A stretch of DNA of 64,000 bases, from assembly GCA_951406725.2 (NCBI GenBank), contig OX597822.1, forward strand, positions 29,326,001 to 29,390,000. Reading direction: 5' to 3'. Made by a program: the position numbers and the translations under genes. Below the pieces are notes generated by a model. It saw only the letters and a program-made list of their open reading frames with translations, ran no database searches and was not told the origin of the DNA. Positions 1-11,469 of this stretch are shown here, piece after piece. This stretch comes from Octopus vulgaris (taxonomy: Eukaryota). Within the stretch, counting starts at the first letter, position 1; each line of letters begins with the position of its first letter.

Positions 1-418
1 TGGTTCCTAACCACATGATTCTGGGTTCAGTACCACTGCATGGCCCTTGGGCAAGTGCCTTCTAAAATAGCCTCAGGCCAACAAAAGTCTTGTGAATGGA
101 TTTGGTAGACCGGAACTTAAAGAAGCCCATCATATATGCGCGTGCGTGCGCGCGTGTGCATGTGTATGTGTGTGTGTGTTTGCGTTTGTGTGTGTGTGTG
201 TTTGCGTTTGTGTGTGTGTGTGTGTGTGTGTGTTTGTCTCCCCTACCATCGCTTGATGACCAATGCTGGTGTGCTTATGTTCCTGTAACTTAGAGGTTTG
301 GCAAGAGATCCAATAGAATAAGTAGTTGGCTTACAAAGTATAAGTCCTGGGGTTGATTTGCTTGACTAAAGGCAGTGCTCCAGCATGGCTACAGTGAAAT
401 GACTGAAACAAGTAAAAG
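1..418 (+). mobile_element. tRNA-derived SINE family A (5' end cut by the window edge)
   Basis: B-box-like gggttcagtacc, core ccttgggcaagtg, internal (TG)n and tail ...gactgaaacaagtaaaag shared with more than 20 copies in the window. Confidence 0.85.
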
Positions 419-455
<37 letters not shown>

Positions 456-660
456 ATGTATGTATATGTATGTATGTATGTGTATGTATGTGTATGTATG
501 TATGTATATGTATGTATATGTATGTATGTATGTATATGTATGTATATGTATGTATGCATGTATATGTATGTATATGTATGTATGTGTATGTATATGTATG
601 TATGTATGTATATGTATGTATGTATATGTATGTATGTATATGTATGTATATATATGTATG

Positions 661-693
<33 letters not shown>

Positions 694-706
694 GTATATA
701 TATATA
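419..706. repeat. (TA)n/(TATG)n compound microsatellite
   Basis: Direct reading; explains the Y/I/H/T and C/M/Y/V ORFs. Confidence 0.95.
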
Positions 707-1042
707 TGACTAAAGTAAGCATGACTGCTGGACGATATACATCTTCATATGGGACGCTGTTACTGCATGTATTGAGTGAGTCACTCTTATTATAGTAAAG
801 TGATGGTTGGCATATTTATATCGAATTGTATTTTGGCTGTTGAAGATTGATGGGAGTGGGGCGTAGTAAAAAGATATTAATGTATAAAAGATCTGCCCTT
901 AAAGATAATTTACTTTACTTCTTCGAAATAAATTACGCACACACACACACACACCATACATACACTCTGTTCAACCCATACCAATATGGAATATAGATGT
1001 GAAATGATTAAGTGTTTGTGTGTGTAAATATATATATATATA

Positions 1043-1258
1043 CACTCTTTTACTTGTGTCAGTCATTTGATTGTGGCCATGCTGGAGCACCGCCTTTTAG
1101 TCGAGCTAATCGACCCCAGGACTTATTCTTTGTAAGCCTAGTACTTATTCTATCGGTCTCTTTTGCCAAACTGCTAAGTTACAGGGACATAAACACATCA
1201 GCATCGGATGTCAAGCGATGTTGGGGGACAAACACAGACTCACAAACATATACACACA

Positions 1259-1306
<48 letters not shown>

Positions 1307-1483
1307 CATACATATATATGACGGGCTACTTTCAGTTTCCATCTACCAAATCCACTCATCAAGCTTTGGTCAGCCTGAGGCTATAGTAGAAGACACTTGC
1401 CCAAAGCACTACACAGTGGGACTGAACCCAGAACCATGTGGTTCGTAAGCAAGCTACTTACTACACAGCCACTCCTACGCCTA
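1043..1483 (-). mobile_element. SINE family A, full length
   Basis: Reverse complement of the family A head (ggagtggctgtgt), core, internal (TA)n and tail. Confidence 0.85.
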
Positions 1484-1514
1484 TATATATAGGCGTAGTA
1501 TAGGCCTACTATAT

Positions 1515-1702
1515 ATATAGTAGAAGCAATTGATATGGAAGATAGAATATACTGGAAACTTTATTTATCATAATGGTTGTTTTGATACATCCTGCACAGC
1601 TCTCTATACAAGGTGGTGGTGCAGGATGTGTCAAAATGACTGTTGTGATAAAATAAAGTTTCCAGTAAATTCTTTGTTTCATATGAATTGTTTCTACTAT
1701 AT
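1515..1702. repeat. Inverted repeat / fold-back MITE-like element (~83-bp arms, 21-nt loop)
   Basis: atatagtagaagcaatt...catcctgcac (1515-1597) is the reverse complement of gtgcaggatg...ttctactatat (1619-1702), with 12 substitutions and 1 indel; TA-flanked. Confidence 0.85.
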
Positions 1703-2344
1703 TCAATGTGCACCGTGGAATTCCTAACTTAGATCCAGTGGTGATTGTGCAATTACTGCGATAACATCAGGTAGCCATAAACAATGAATGTGCTTTGCCA
1801 GCATACTACGAGGGATGTACCCAAAACACGGTTTAAATCTAAAGCTTAAATCCAAACTTTAATTATAACTTACATAAACGATGATGTTGATTTGCTTACG
1901 AACCACATGGTTCTGGGTTCAGTTCCACTGCGAGGCACCTTGAGTAAGTGTCTTCTACTATAGCCTTGGGTCGACCAAAGCCATGTGAGTGGATTTAGTA
2001 GATAGAAACTGATAGAAGCCCATCATATATGTGTGTGTGTGTGTATGTGTGTATATATATATGTATGTGTTTGTGTGTCTGTGTTTGTCCCCCAGCATCG
2101 CTGGTGTGTTTACGTCCCCATAACTTAGCGGTTTGGCAAAAGAGACCGATAGAATAAGAACTAGGCTTACAAAGAAAATTGTCCTGGGGTCGATTTGCTC
2201 AACTAAAAGGCGGTGCTCCAGCATGGCCACAGTCAAATGACTGAAACAAGTAAAAGAGTATGTGTTTGTGTGTATATATATATATATATATATATACATA
2301 TATGTATGCATGTATGTATACATGTGTTTGTGTATGTATGGGCA

Positions 2345-2700
2345 GTGTAGCAGGCATGGCTGTGTAGTTAATGAAATTCTCATTGCTATTGCATGGTTTC
2401 ATGTTCAGTTTCACTGCTTGGCACCTTAGGCCTTCTGTTATAATGTTAAGCTGACCAAAGCCTTGGTGGTGGATTTAGTGGATGGAAACTGAAAGAAACC
2501 CATCGTGTGTGACGTCTGTATGTGTGTGTTTGTATTTCCTTGTCTTGACATCATGCAAGAGTTTTGAATGAGTGTCACCATCATTTATGCAATGACATTC
2601 ATTTCTACTCTTCCTTGAAAACATTCCTGCTTAAAAGGAGAAATGGGTGAATGTTGGCAATGGGAAAGACATCTGGACATAGAAAAATCTGCATATCTGA
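2345..2700 (+). mobile_element. SINE family A head with the alternative RTE-like tail (decayed)
   Basis: Family A head and core followed by cttgtcttgacatca...gttggcaatgggaaagacatctgg, the same tail as at 46200-46420 and 55120-55365. Confidence 0.65.
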
Positions 2701-3569
2701 TGTGTTGATAGTGTAAGGTATATCACTTGATCCAACCAACAAGGAAATAAATAACATCAGATTTATGATGTGTATACTTTAGATTGCTAAAACACCCACC
2801 TAAAGTCCCAGATTAAAGTGGAGTGTCACTCTCTGACTTATCAATTTCCCATCAACAGAAGTAGGTTATGTGACCTGCTAGTATCAACAGTGTTGCTTTT
2901 GAGTCTGTGAAGGAACCCTGTATGTAATTACTTGGTCTGCTAGAAATAACAGTTGAATTCTCCTCAGATCTCACCCTGCCTTATTCAGAAAAAAAACAAA
3001 ACAAAAAAAACATGGCTGCATTGAATGAATGTAATGTGAAATACAATTTATGTAAACAAAAATAAGAAAATAAAACTAAAGTTGAGATGGTCATGAGTGG
3101 AACACAGGTTTGTATTACCACGTCTGACCCGGGTTTAAACAAGTGTTCTTATTTTGTAGTCTTAAGTCTTGATTGAGCTGGAGACAATGGGTGGGACTGT
3201 CATGGCTGGAATATCTTTTGTTACAGGTTTGCTTAGTCAGAGCTTACCTTGGGCTAAACAAAACAGCCTTTATCATTGGTACTTGATTAAGGCTGACTTG
3301 GGATTAAACGACAACAACAAAAACAACAATAGCAACATTTCTTATTGTTTAGCCTCAGGTTAGCCCTCTTTGAGCATACTTATGGTCTAAGGTAGTCCAA
3401 CTATAACCATGTACCCTCTTATCATTTTAGAGATATCTATGGTCACATTATCTAATACATCATTTCCATTACTTTTTAAGATGGTAAGGTTTGATATGAG
3501 GGTATTTTAGCTGCTATTTCTAACTGGTGGGAGTGATTATGTAAGGGCTTTATTGTAGTCTTGAGTGAT

Positions 3570-4020
3570 TGTGTTATTGAGAGAGATAGTGAGTAGGATT
3601 ATTTTTGAGGCAAGGGAATATTGAGGCACAACTCATGAATGAGGCTGTGTATTGTTGTAATGACCTGTTGGTAAAGAGGATGGAGTAGACAACAATTTGC
3701 TGAGGTAGCCAACATAGATTCCCCTAGATGTCTTAGTGTCTCTCTGGTCAAGTTGAATATACCAGTCTTTTATAACTGTTAACCATCCTTCTAGAAACTT
3801 CGGCCAAACTTCTTGGCAAGAAGAGCGAATATTGGGGAAAACAATGGTGCTATTGGGTTGAGGAGAGATGTGATGAGAAGTATGGAGTATGTTGTGGTGG
3901 GTGCTGATGGAGTGGCCTAAGGCTGAGATAGGGTTTTTCTTGGCAAGAATGGAGCACATTGGCAAAAGAACAAAGGTGTTATTACAGAAATGCAGTGGAC
4001 AGTGTTGTAGGGTCATATAT
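3570..4020 (-). mobile_element. Highly decayed LINE (CR1/L2-like) AP-endonuclease-region remnant
   Basis: Minus-strand peptide GWLTVIKD..LDQRDTKTSRGIYVGY loosely resembles the ETWL...RxDR..RGGGV..Y motif; weak match. Confidence 0.35.
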
Positions 4021-4029
4021 TGACTAGGA

Positions 4030-4368
4030 TAAAAGAGTAAAGACTCCCTTCAGTCATGAATGACCATGGGAATGCACCTAGAAAGTTCCCCTCTTAGGCA
4101 AGTCTGGGCAAGGTTTTTTATGGAAGACCAGCAGTCATCCATGCATACCAGCCTCTCCATGCCACTGATGTTTATCCAAAAGAAAAGCAAAGGTGCTGAT
4201 ACAGCTTGGCGCCCGTGATGTCACAACTCATTTCTACAGCTGAATGAACTGGAGCAATGTGAAATAAAGTGTCTTGCTCAAGAACACAACACATAGCCTG
4301 GTCCATGAATTGAACTCACTACCTTATAATTGTGAGCCCGACACTCTAACCACTGAGTCACATACCTA
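4030..4368 (-). mobile_element. tRNA-derived SINE family C
   Basis: Reverse complement of tcagtggttagagtgtcgggctcacaat...ttcttgagcaagacacttt...cccatggtcattcatga; homologous to 48638-48990. Confidence 0.85.
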
Positions 4369-4622
4369 ACATTGAATAGGACAAGATGTTATTATATAGG
4401 GGAGGTGTGTTGAAACACTTTGGAGTGTGTTATGGTGGGCATTGGTGGAGTGGCCTGATGTCAAGGTAGGGTGTATAGTGAAGATGGTTCTTGTATTCAT
4501 GGGCCAAGATGTTATTGGGGATCAAAAGGTGTGTTGAGATACATTAAATGTAGAATAGTTAGGTATATTAGAAAATTACTATTTTTAAATCTCACAATGT
4601 GAGATATTCAGCAACAGTTCTT

Positions 4623-5032
4623 TGTAGTAAAGATTGTTTGCCAACATAACATGGCAGTCCTGGTTTTGAACTAATGTTGCTGTAATTTAGCCCCAGGAGA
4701 CATTGTCTCCAGCTGGCTATACAACACGATCTGTGTCCTTATATTTTCAAACAAGGAAATCTAGCACTCTCACTCAGCTCAAAACAGTATCTGTATTTCT
4801 CTTCATCTAGCCAAACAATTATTCTGTGCTGATGAAGGGAAATAACCCAGAAATCGCAATACACAGATACTGTTTTGAGCTGAGTGGGGGTGCTAGATTC
4901 CCTTGTTTGAAAATATAAGGACACACATTGTGTCGTATAGCCAGCTGGAGACGGTCTCCTGGGGCTAAATTACAGCAACATTAGTCCTAAACAAGGACTG
5001 CCATGTTATGTTGGCAAACAATCTTTACTACA
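4623..5032. mobile_element. ~410-bp palindromic (fold-back) element, probably Penelope/retrozyme-derived
   Basis: The left arm tgtagtaaagattgtttgcc...cagtatctgt is the near-perfect reverse complement of the right arm acagatactg...ggcaaacaatctttactaca over ~170 bp; a hammerhead motif lies at the centre. Confidence 0.85.
4823..4867 (+). ncRNA. Minimal type I hammerhead ribozyme motif
   Basis: tctgtg CTGATGA a ggg aaataa ccc a GAAA t cgca a TA cacaga. Stem I tctgtg/cacaga, intact CUGAUGA and GAAA boxes, stem II ggg/ccc, 1-bp stem III with a near-palindromic loop, AUA cleavage triplet at 4859-4861. There is an A.A mismatch at the base of stem II. Confidence 0.7.
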
Positions 5033-6227
5033 CAGTTAGGTATATGTTGTTGTTATTGTTGTTGATTAGGCTCAGGTGAGTTCTAACTTAGCAGATCTAT
5101 TACCTGAATTTATTATAACCTTCGTCTTGTTTTTTTTTATTGGCATAGTTTTTCATAGTTTTGACCTTGTTTTGTTGACATAGTGTATGTAGGACTACAT
5201 TATCTGATGGTTCTGTTGATTTGTAAGATAGCTCTTTTCTTCTTTTCTCCTTTCATTTGTTTTAGTCAATGGGCCGTGGCCATACTGGAACACAACTTTG
5301 AAGAGTTTAGTCAAACACAGACACACCATACACACAAGTCTACAGACACACACAAATAGAGGAGTACATGCACACATCCAGAAGTGCACACTCACACATA
5401 TTCACACACCCACACTAGTGTGCATGCACACACACACACACTTACACACACACACACACTGGTGCACACATCCAGAACCATGTGGTTGGGAAGCAAGCTT
5501 CTTAACACACACCCACGCCTGCACCTATATGGATGTTGAAACGATGATGATGATGGGCTTCCACACAGTTTCCATCTACCTGATCTACTCACAAGACATT
5601 GGTTGTCTCAGAACTATAGAAGACCATTGCCCAAGGTACCACACAGTGGGACTAAATCTGAAACCACGTGGTTGCTAAGTGAATTTCTTAAACCCATCAA
5701 AGTATACAGTTTGAAGGAAACTTGGCTGCTATTTCTAGCTGTTCAAACGACAACAAAGGGACTCCCTCATTAGCTTTGACTGACATAGATTGGCATAGCA
5801 GGTGGCTTGGTAGGGTGGTAAATGGAGTGGTGTTGGTGTTGGTGGTTTTGGTCGTGGAGAGGTGTGATTCTTTACAGGCTTTTTCTTCATGATGTGTAAA
5901 TACAACGAATGAATGACCAAACGATTGCAAGAAACTGCTTTGTCATGTAATTGTATTTAAAGTGAAAATACATGTAGGATGAGTAAGTGTATGTACATAG
6001 CTACATATGTTTCAGTGTGTACACACACACACACACGGGTTTATGTGTGTGTCTCAAATGTTGGATTTTCCACTCCCACAGTATGTTTACTGTATTCTTT
6101 TTGTTGACATTGTATGTATGTGTGTGTGTAAGCTTATGTATTGCTTGTATATGTGTAATATATGTGTGTGTGTATATATGTATTCAAGTGTGTATATATT
6201 TGTATGTACGTTTGTATATATGTCTGT

Positions 6228-6630
6228 GAGTGGCTGTGTGGTAAGTAGCTTGCTTACATGTTCTGGGTTCAGTCCCACTGTGTGGCACCTTGGGCAAGTG
6301 TCTTCTACTATAGCCTTGGACCGACCAAAGCCTTGTGAGTGGATTTGGTAGACAGAAACTGAAAGGAGCCCGTCGTATATATGGACATATATATATGTGT
6401 ATGTGTGTGTATATGTTTGTGTTTCTGTGTTTGCCCCCCCCCCCCAACATAGCTTGACAGCCAATGCTGGTGTGTTTACATCCCCGTAACTTAGTGGTTC
6501 GGCAAAGGAGACAGATAGAATAAATAATAGGCTTACAAAGAATAAGTCCTGGGGTCGATTTGCTCGACTAAAGGCTGTGCTCCAGCATGGCCGCAGTCAA
6601 ATGACTGAAACAAGTAAAAGCGTAAAAGAA
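6228..6630 (+). mobile_element. SINE family A, near full length
   Basis: gagtggctgtgtggtaagtagc...gggttcagtccc...gactgaaacaagtaaaag. Confidence 0.85.
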
Positions 6631-6771
6631 TATGTATATATATAATTACATATGCCTGTATGTATATAGGCATGTATGTATGTAATGTATGTATGCATGC
6701 ATGTATATATATGTGTGTATGTATATGTATATATGAATGTATGTATACAGGCATGTATGTCATGTATATAT

Positions 6772-6905
6772 GTCCAATGATGGCCTAGCTGGCTGAAACT
6801 TCGAAGTCACTGTCGGTACTATTCTTGTTAAAGAATAATAAACAAATTTGTACTGTACCAAAAGTACTGAGTCATACTTTAGTTTAATGGTAGACTGTTT
6901 TTATT
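6772..6905 (+). mobile_element. Penelope-like element pLTR fragment with a decayed hammerhead
   Basis: gt CCAATGA t ggcc tagct ggct GAAA cttcgaag TC ac, followed by AATAAA ~30 nt downstream. The palindromic stem III is characteristic of PLE hammerheads; the core differs from CTGATGA at 2 positions. Confidence 0.6.
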
Positions 6906-7253
6906 ATAGCATAAAAACACACATATACACACACACACATACATATACACATACATAAATACACACACACACACACACACACATGCATGTATGAATGAGT
7001 GTGTTTGTGCTTGTATTAATATATCAATATTTCTGCTCTAATCTTATGAAAAAATAACTAACAAAAACCTACACCATAAATAAACAACTTCAAAAATAAT
7101 GCCCACCCACTATATTTAATAATTTGATAAACTAGTTTTTAATGTTTTTTTTTTTACTTCAGCTCCTAATGTTCTTAATCTTAAGACAGTAAGCACTGAG
7201 AATTGCTCATGCAGAAATATCTAAGATTTGGTGGGTGCTAGCACTTGCTTTAC

Positions 7254-8277
7254 TGAATGACTGATTTGAGTGGAAACAATGATTTGAGTGAAAGCAGAAT
7301 GACTTGAGTGGGAGCAGAATGACTTGATTGGGAGCAGAATGACTTGAGTGGGAGCAGAATGACTTGAGTGGGAGCAGAATGACTTGAGGGGGCGGGGGCA
7401 GAATGACTTGAAGGGAGCAGAAGAACTTGAGTGGGAACAGAAGAACTTGAGTGGGAGCAGAAGAACTTGAAGGGAGCAGAATGACTTGAAGGGAGCAGAA
7501 TGATTTGAGCGGGAGCAGAATGACTTGAGTGGGAGGAGAATGACTTGAGTGGGAGCAGAATGATTTGAACAGGAGCAGAATGATTTAAGTGGGAGCAGAA
7601 TGACTTGAAGGGAGCAGAAGAACTTGAGTGGGAGCAGAACAACTTGAAGGGAGCAGAATGATTTGAGCGGGAGCAGAATGACTTGAGTGGGAGCAGAATG
7701 ACTTGAGCGGGAGCAGAATGACTTGAGCGGGTGCAGAGTGACTTGAGCGGGAGCAGAGTGACTTGAGCGGGAGCAGAGTGACTTGAGCGGGAGCAGAGTG
7801 ACTTGAGCGGGAGCAGAGTGACTTGAGCGGGAGCAGAGTGACTTGAGCGGGAGCAGAGTGACTTGAGCGGGAGCAGAATGACTTGAGCGGGAGCAGAGTG
7901 ACTTGAGCGGGAGCAGAGTGACTTGAGCGGGAGCAGAGTGACTTGAACGGGAGCAGAGTGACTTGAGCGGGAGCAGAATGACTTGAGTGGGAGCAGAGTG
8001 ACTTGAGCGGGAGCAGAGTGATTTGAGTGGTAGCAGAATGACTTGAGTGAGGGCAGAATGACTTGAATAGACTAGCTTGAGTGAGAGTAGAATGGATTTA
8101 GTGAAAGTAGAATGACTCAAGTGAGAGTAAAATGCTTTGAGCAAGGGTAGAATTACTTGAGCGTGATTAGAATAACTTAAGCGATAGTAGAGTGGCTGGA
8201 GCAAGTTTAGAATGACTTGTGGGTGATTAGAATGATTTGAGTAAGAGTAGAATGACTTGAGTGAGAGTAGAATGAAT
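7254..8277. repeat. 20-bp minisatellite, ~50 units (GACTTGAGCGGGAGCAGAGT)
   Basis: Direct reading; homogeneous core ~7740-8020 with 19-bp variants and decayed edges. Confidence 0.95.
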
Positions 8278-8595
8278 CATTTTGAATGAGAAGGGTTCTG
8301 TAAGCACTGTTAATTGAATAGAATTAGTCATGAGTTGTCTTAACTTGTTTAGTTACAAGGAGGTAGACATTTGTCTATATGTTTGTGTGATGTGTGTGTG
8401 TGTGTGTGTGTGGTTTGACAATTTTGTTGGCCAAATTCACTCTTGTATTTGATCTTGAAGTTTAGTAGATTGTTTGAAAATTTATAAATTGTATTGATGT
8501 TAAATTGAATCATATATACATACACATATATACATATATACATGTTTGTGTTTGTATGTTTATAAATGGATTTGCACACACTCACACACACACAA

Positions 8596-8665
<70 letters not shown>

Positions 8666-9135
8666 TCACACATACATAGACAGGGATCTATATATAGATA
8701 CATTCACACACATGCTTATTGTATGTATGTATACATTCACACACATGGATATGTATCCCCACACATTCACAGATGTATACATACATACATACGTACGTAT
8801 GTTTATTAATTAAATAAAATCTTTTAAATGCTAGAATACTGTATTGTTGTATTCGTATCAGTCATATTTGCCTGTAAATTTTCTAAATTAATATGTCAGT
8901 GAAACGGGGGGAAAATAAAGGAGGTTTCAATACCAGTTCCCCATGCGGGTGGATGAAGTGACAGAGAAGGGCATTGTAGACTGCTTGTTAAAACCATTAA
9001 TGTTACACAAGAATCAGGCGTTTGCAAATACGAGCAGGTCACCTATTGAATCAAATGTCAAACTTTGTTTAATGTAGACACCATTGTTATCTAGTGATTT
9101 AAAAAATTCTTTCTATGGTTCTCTAAATATCCAAA

Positions 9136-9511
9136 GTGGAGGTGCAATGGCCCAGTGGTTAGGGCAGTCATAGGATCGCGGTTTCGATTCCCAGACCGGG
9201 CATTGTGAGTGTTTATTGAGAGAAAACACCTAAAAGCTCCACGAGGCTCCGGCAGGGATGGTAGTGATCCCTGCTGTACTCTTTCACCACAACTTTCTCT
9301 CACTCTTACTTCCTGTTTCTGTTGTACCTGTATTTCAAAGGGCCGGCCTTGTCACTCTCTGTGTCATGCTGAATATCCCCGAGAACTACATTAAGGGTAC
9401 ACGTGTCTGTGGAGTGCTCAGCCACTTACACGTTAATTTCACGAGCAGGCTGTTCCGTTGATTGGATCAACCGGAACTCTCATCGTCGTAACCGACGGAG
9501 TGCTTCCATGC
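9136..9511 (+). mobile_element. tRNA-derived SINE family D1 (possibly octopus OR-type)
   Basis: A box tggcccagtgg, B box ggtttcgattccc, TSD aaatatccaaa on both sides; head related to the 37523 and 54250 copies. Confidence 0.8.
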
Positions 9512-9710
9512 AAATATCCAAAAGCTGGTGGGGTATTTCATCATTAAAGTTATCCTTCATTCAACTTCTTACCATCCCCTTTTCATTCTTTTTGCTTTCC
9601 TTCCATCTTCATCATTTTCGTCTTCCTTTTCATCATTATTTCATCTTCCTCTCATTTTGCTGTTTTTGTCTTGAATTTGAGGAAATAATAATTATTGTTG
9701 TTGTTGTTTA

Positions 9711-9930
9711 GTTGTCGGAGCACTGTATCCTTCAAAACTTCCATGCTTCCTGAGATTCGCCAACACTACACCTGATTTTTCCCCCTCCATACACACACAA
9801 GCATGTATCTGACTCCGACACTGTTCACTTCCCAGACATTTGTACATTACTGCATATGCTTTATACTCACTTTCGACAAGTTGTGGTGCACCTGAGCACT
9901 GTATACAATAATTTCATTATTATTATTATT
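9711..9930 (+). mobile_element. 5'-truncated LINE 3' end (CR1/L2-like) with (ATT)n tail
   Basis: Unique sequence ending acaataatttc(att)n; clade assigned from tail type only. Confidence 0.45.
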
Positions 9931-9981
9931 ATAGTCTCAGTCTAGTCTTATTTGAGAAGACCTGTGATCAAAAATGTTTAA

Positions 9982-10206
9982 CCCTTTTGCATTTGAACTG
10001 GCCTTATCCAGCCAAAATATTAAACTACCTGCTTTATGTTCCACCTGTTCAGATCTGGCCTTTTACTCCTAGCCTACATTCTAAAATTTCTAAAAATAGT
10101 CCCATCATCAACATTTTGATGTAGCTACAAGACAATTCATGGTTAATTCAAAACAATGGGAATTAATAATCATTATATTTGACAGAGTAACCTAAATACT
10201 AAAGGG
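9982..10206. mobile_element. piggyBac-type MITE family P2
   Basis: TTAA|cccttt...aaaggg|TTAA; related split copies near 46800-47440, 48465-49025 and 60684-61490. Confidence 0.75.
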
Positions 10207-10240
10207 TTAAACTATACCCAGTCTATTTTCTTCTTCTTAA

Positions 10241-10460
10241 CCCTTTTGTTACTAACCCAGCCAAAACCGGCTCTGGCTCTGTGGTAAAATGTCTTGTTTT
10301 CATAAGTTTTGAATTAGAATATTCCACCAAGCCTTAGTTTCAATTTACGTTCCTAACACTAGCTTGATGATAACTAAGTTATTTTACTAAATTCTTTGTT
10401 ATTTTAAAAATAATTGAAAGAAACACAGAGCATCTCAAAATAAATACAGTAACAAAAGGG
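10241..10460. mobile_element. piggyBac-type MITE family P1
   Basis: TTAA TSD, TIR cccttttgttac/gtaacaaaaggg; closely similar copies at 46422-46642 and 59491-59704. Confidence 0.9.
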
Positions 10461-10619
10461 TTAAGCCCTTTGTTCCTGAAGAAGCATAGGCTCCCGACTT
10501 TTCTCTTGACCCTCGGCTGTATTTTCTGCTTCTGCCTGATTTTCCAGTTCTGCCTAAGCATCCCACCTGCAGCTATTTTTAGTGTGCCTTTTCTTTCACT
10601 GCACCATCCCATATATCTT

Positions 10620-10872
10620 TGAGGGATGGCCTTCCTTTCTCGGGTCTTGTTGGCTTTGAATTGTCATTGACGCTTCTATAATTTTGTTTTTTTTCTAGGT
10701 AGGGGTGTTGTTCCTACGCAAACCTGTTTTTACTTCTGGGAAGAGATGGTCCATATTAATCTGACCTCTGTCCTTTGACCTATCTAGCATGGGAGATCCT
10801 ACCTGGAGCTTGCACTATGTTGATGTTGCTCTTAGGGTCATTGCGGTGCCACAAGGTCACCACACCACAACT
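10620..10872 (-). mobile_element. Decayed RTE-clade LINE 5' UTR
   Basis: Minus strand reads caatgaccctaagagc...gctccaggtaggatctcccatgctagataggtcaaagg, resembling from memory RTE-1 5' UTRs. Confidence 0.45.
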
Positions 10873-11469
10873 CTTCTAGTTATCACCCTTCCCTTTTTTT
10901 TTGTTTTGGTATTCTATAACTAAAACTTACATGACTCAGTATAATCTATAGATATCTTTCTTTTTCATTTTTTTAAAGGTGGTGGGATATGAATTTAGAG
11001 TGACGTTGGTTGTGGTTTCTTGTTGGTTGAATGATAACATAATTATTTTGAGCCAAAAGGGTGTTTTCATTGAGGTTCGAAAGATATAGAGTGGTGGGTT
11101 TTACAGCTATAAATTAAAAAATAAAAACGATTTATTAAATGCTATATATAAATCTGTGTGTGTATACATGTGTATATATATGTGTGTGTGTGTATGCATG
11201 TAAATATATATGTGTGTGTGTGTATATATATGTATGTTTATAAACAAACACACACATATGTATGCATACAAACTTCATTTAAATAGTTAAAAAAAGCACT
11301 GCTGTAAGCTAACGAAAGTGATTATATAACTCCTGTTTTTTTGTAATTCATTAATTGATATTACACTCTATACTCACCTGATGCTTTACTCTAGAGTATA
11401 AATGAAGAGGTGCTGAAAAGTTCTTGGCTTTGGGTAAAAGAAAATACAAGAGGATCAGTTAATTATGGC

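Noticed and set aside
1475-1498. Perfect 24-bp palindrome ctacgcctatatatataggcgtag
   Set aside because: Best explained as a small inverted duplication of the SINE 5' end across a (TA)n target.
7221-8204. 327-aa minus-strand ORF
   Set aside because: Translation of a stop-free 20-bp minisatellite strand; no true ATG start and no recognisable domain.
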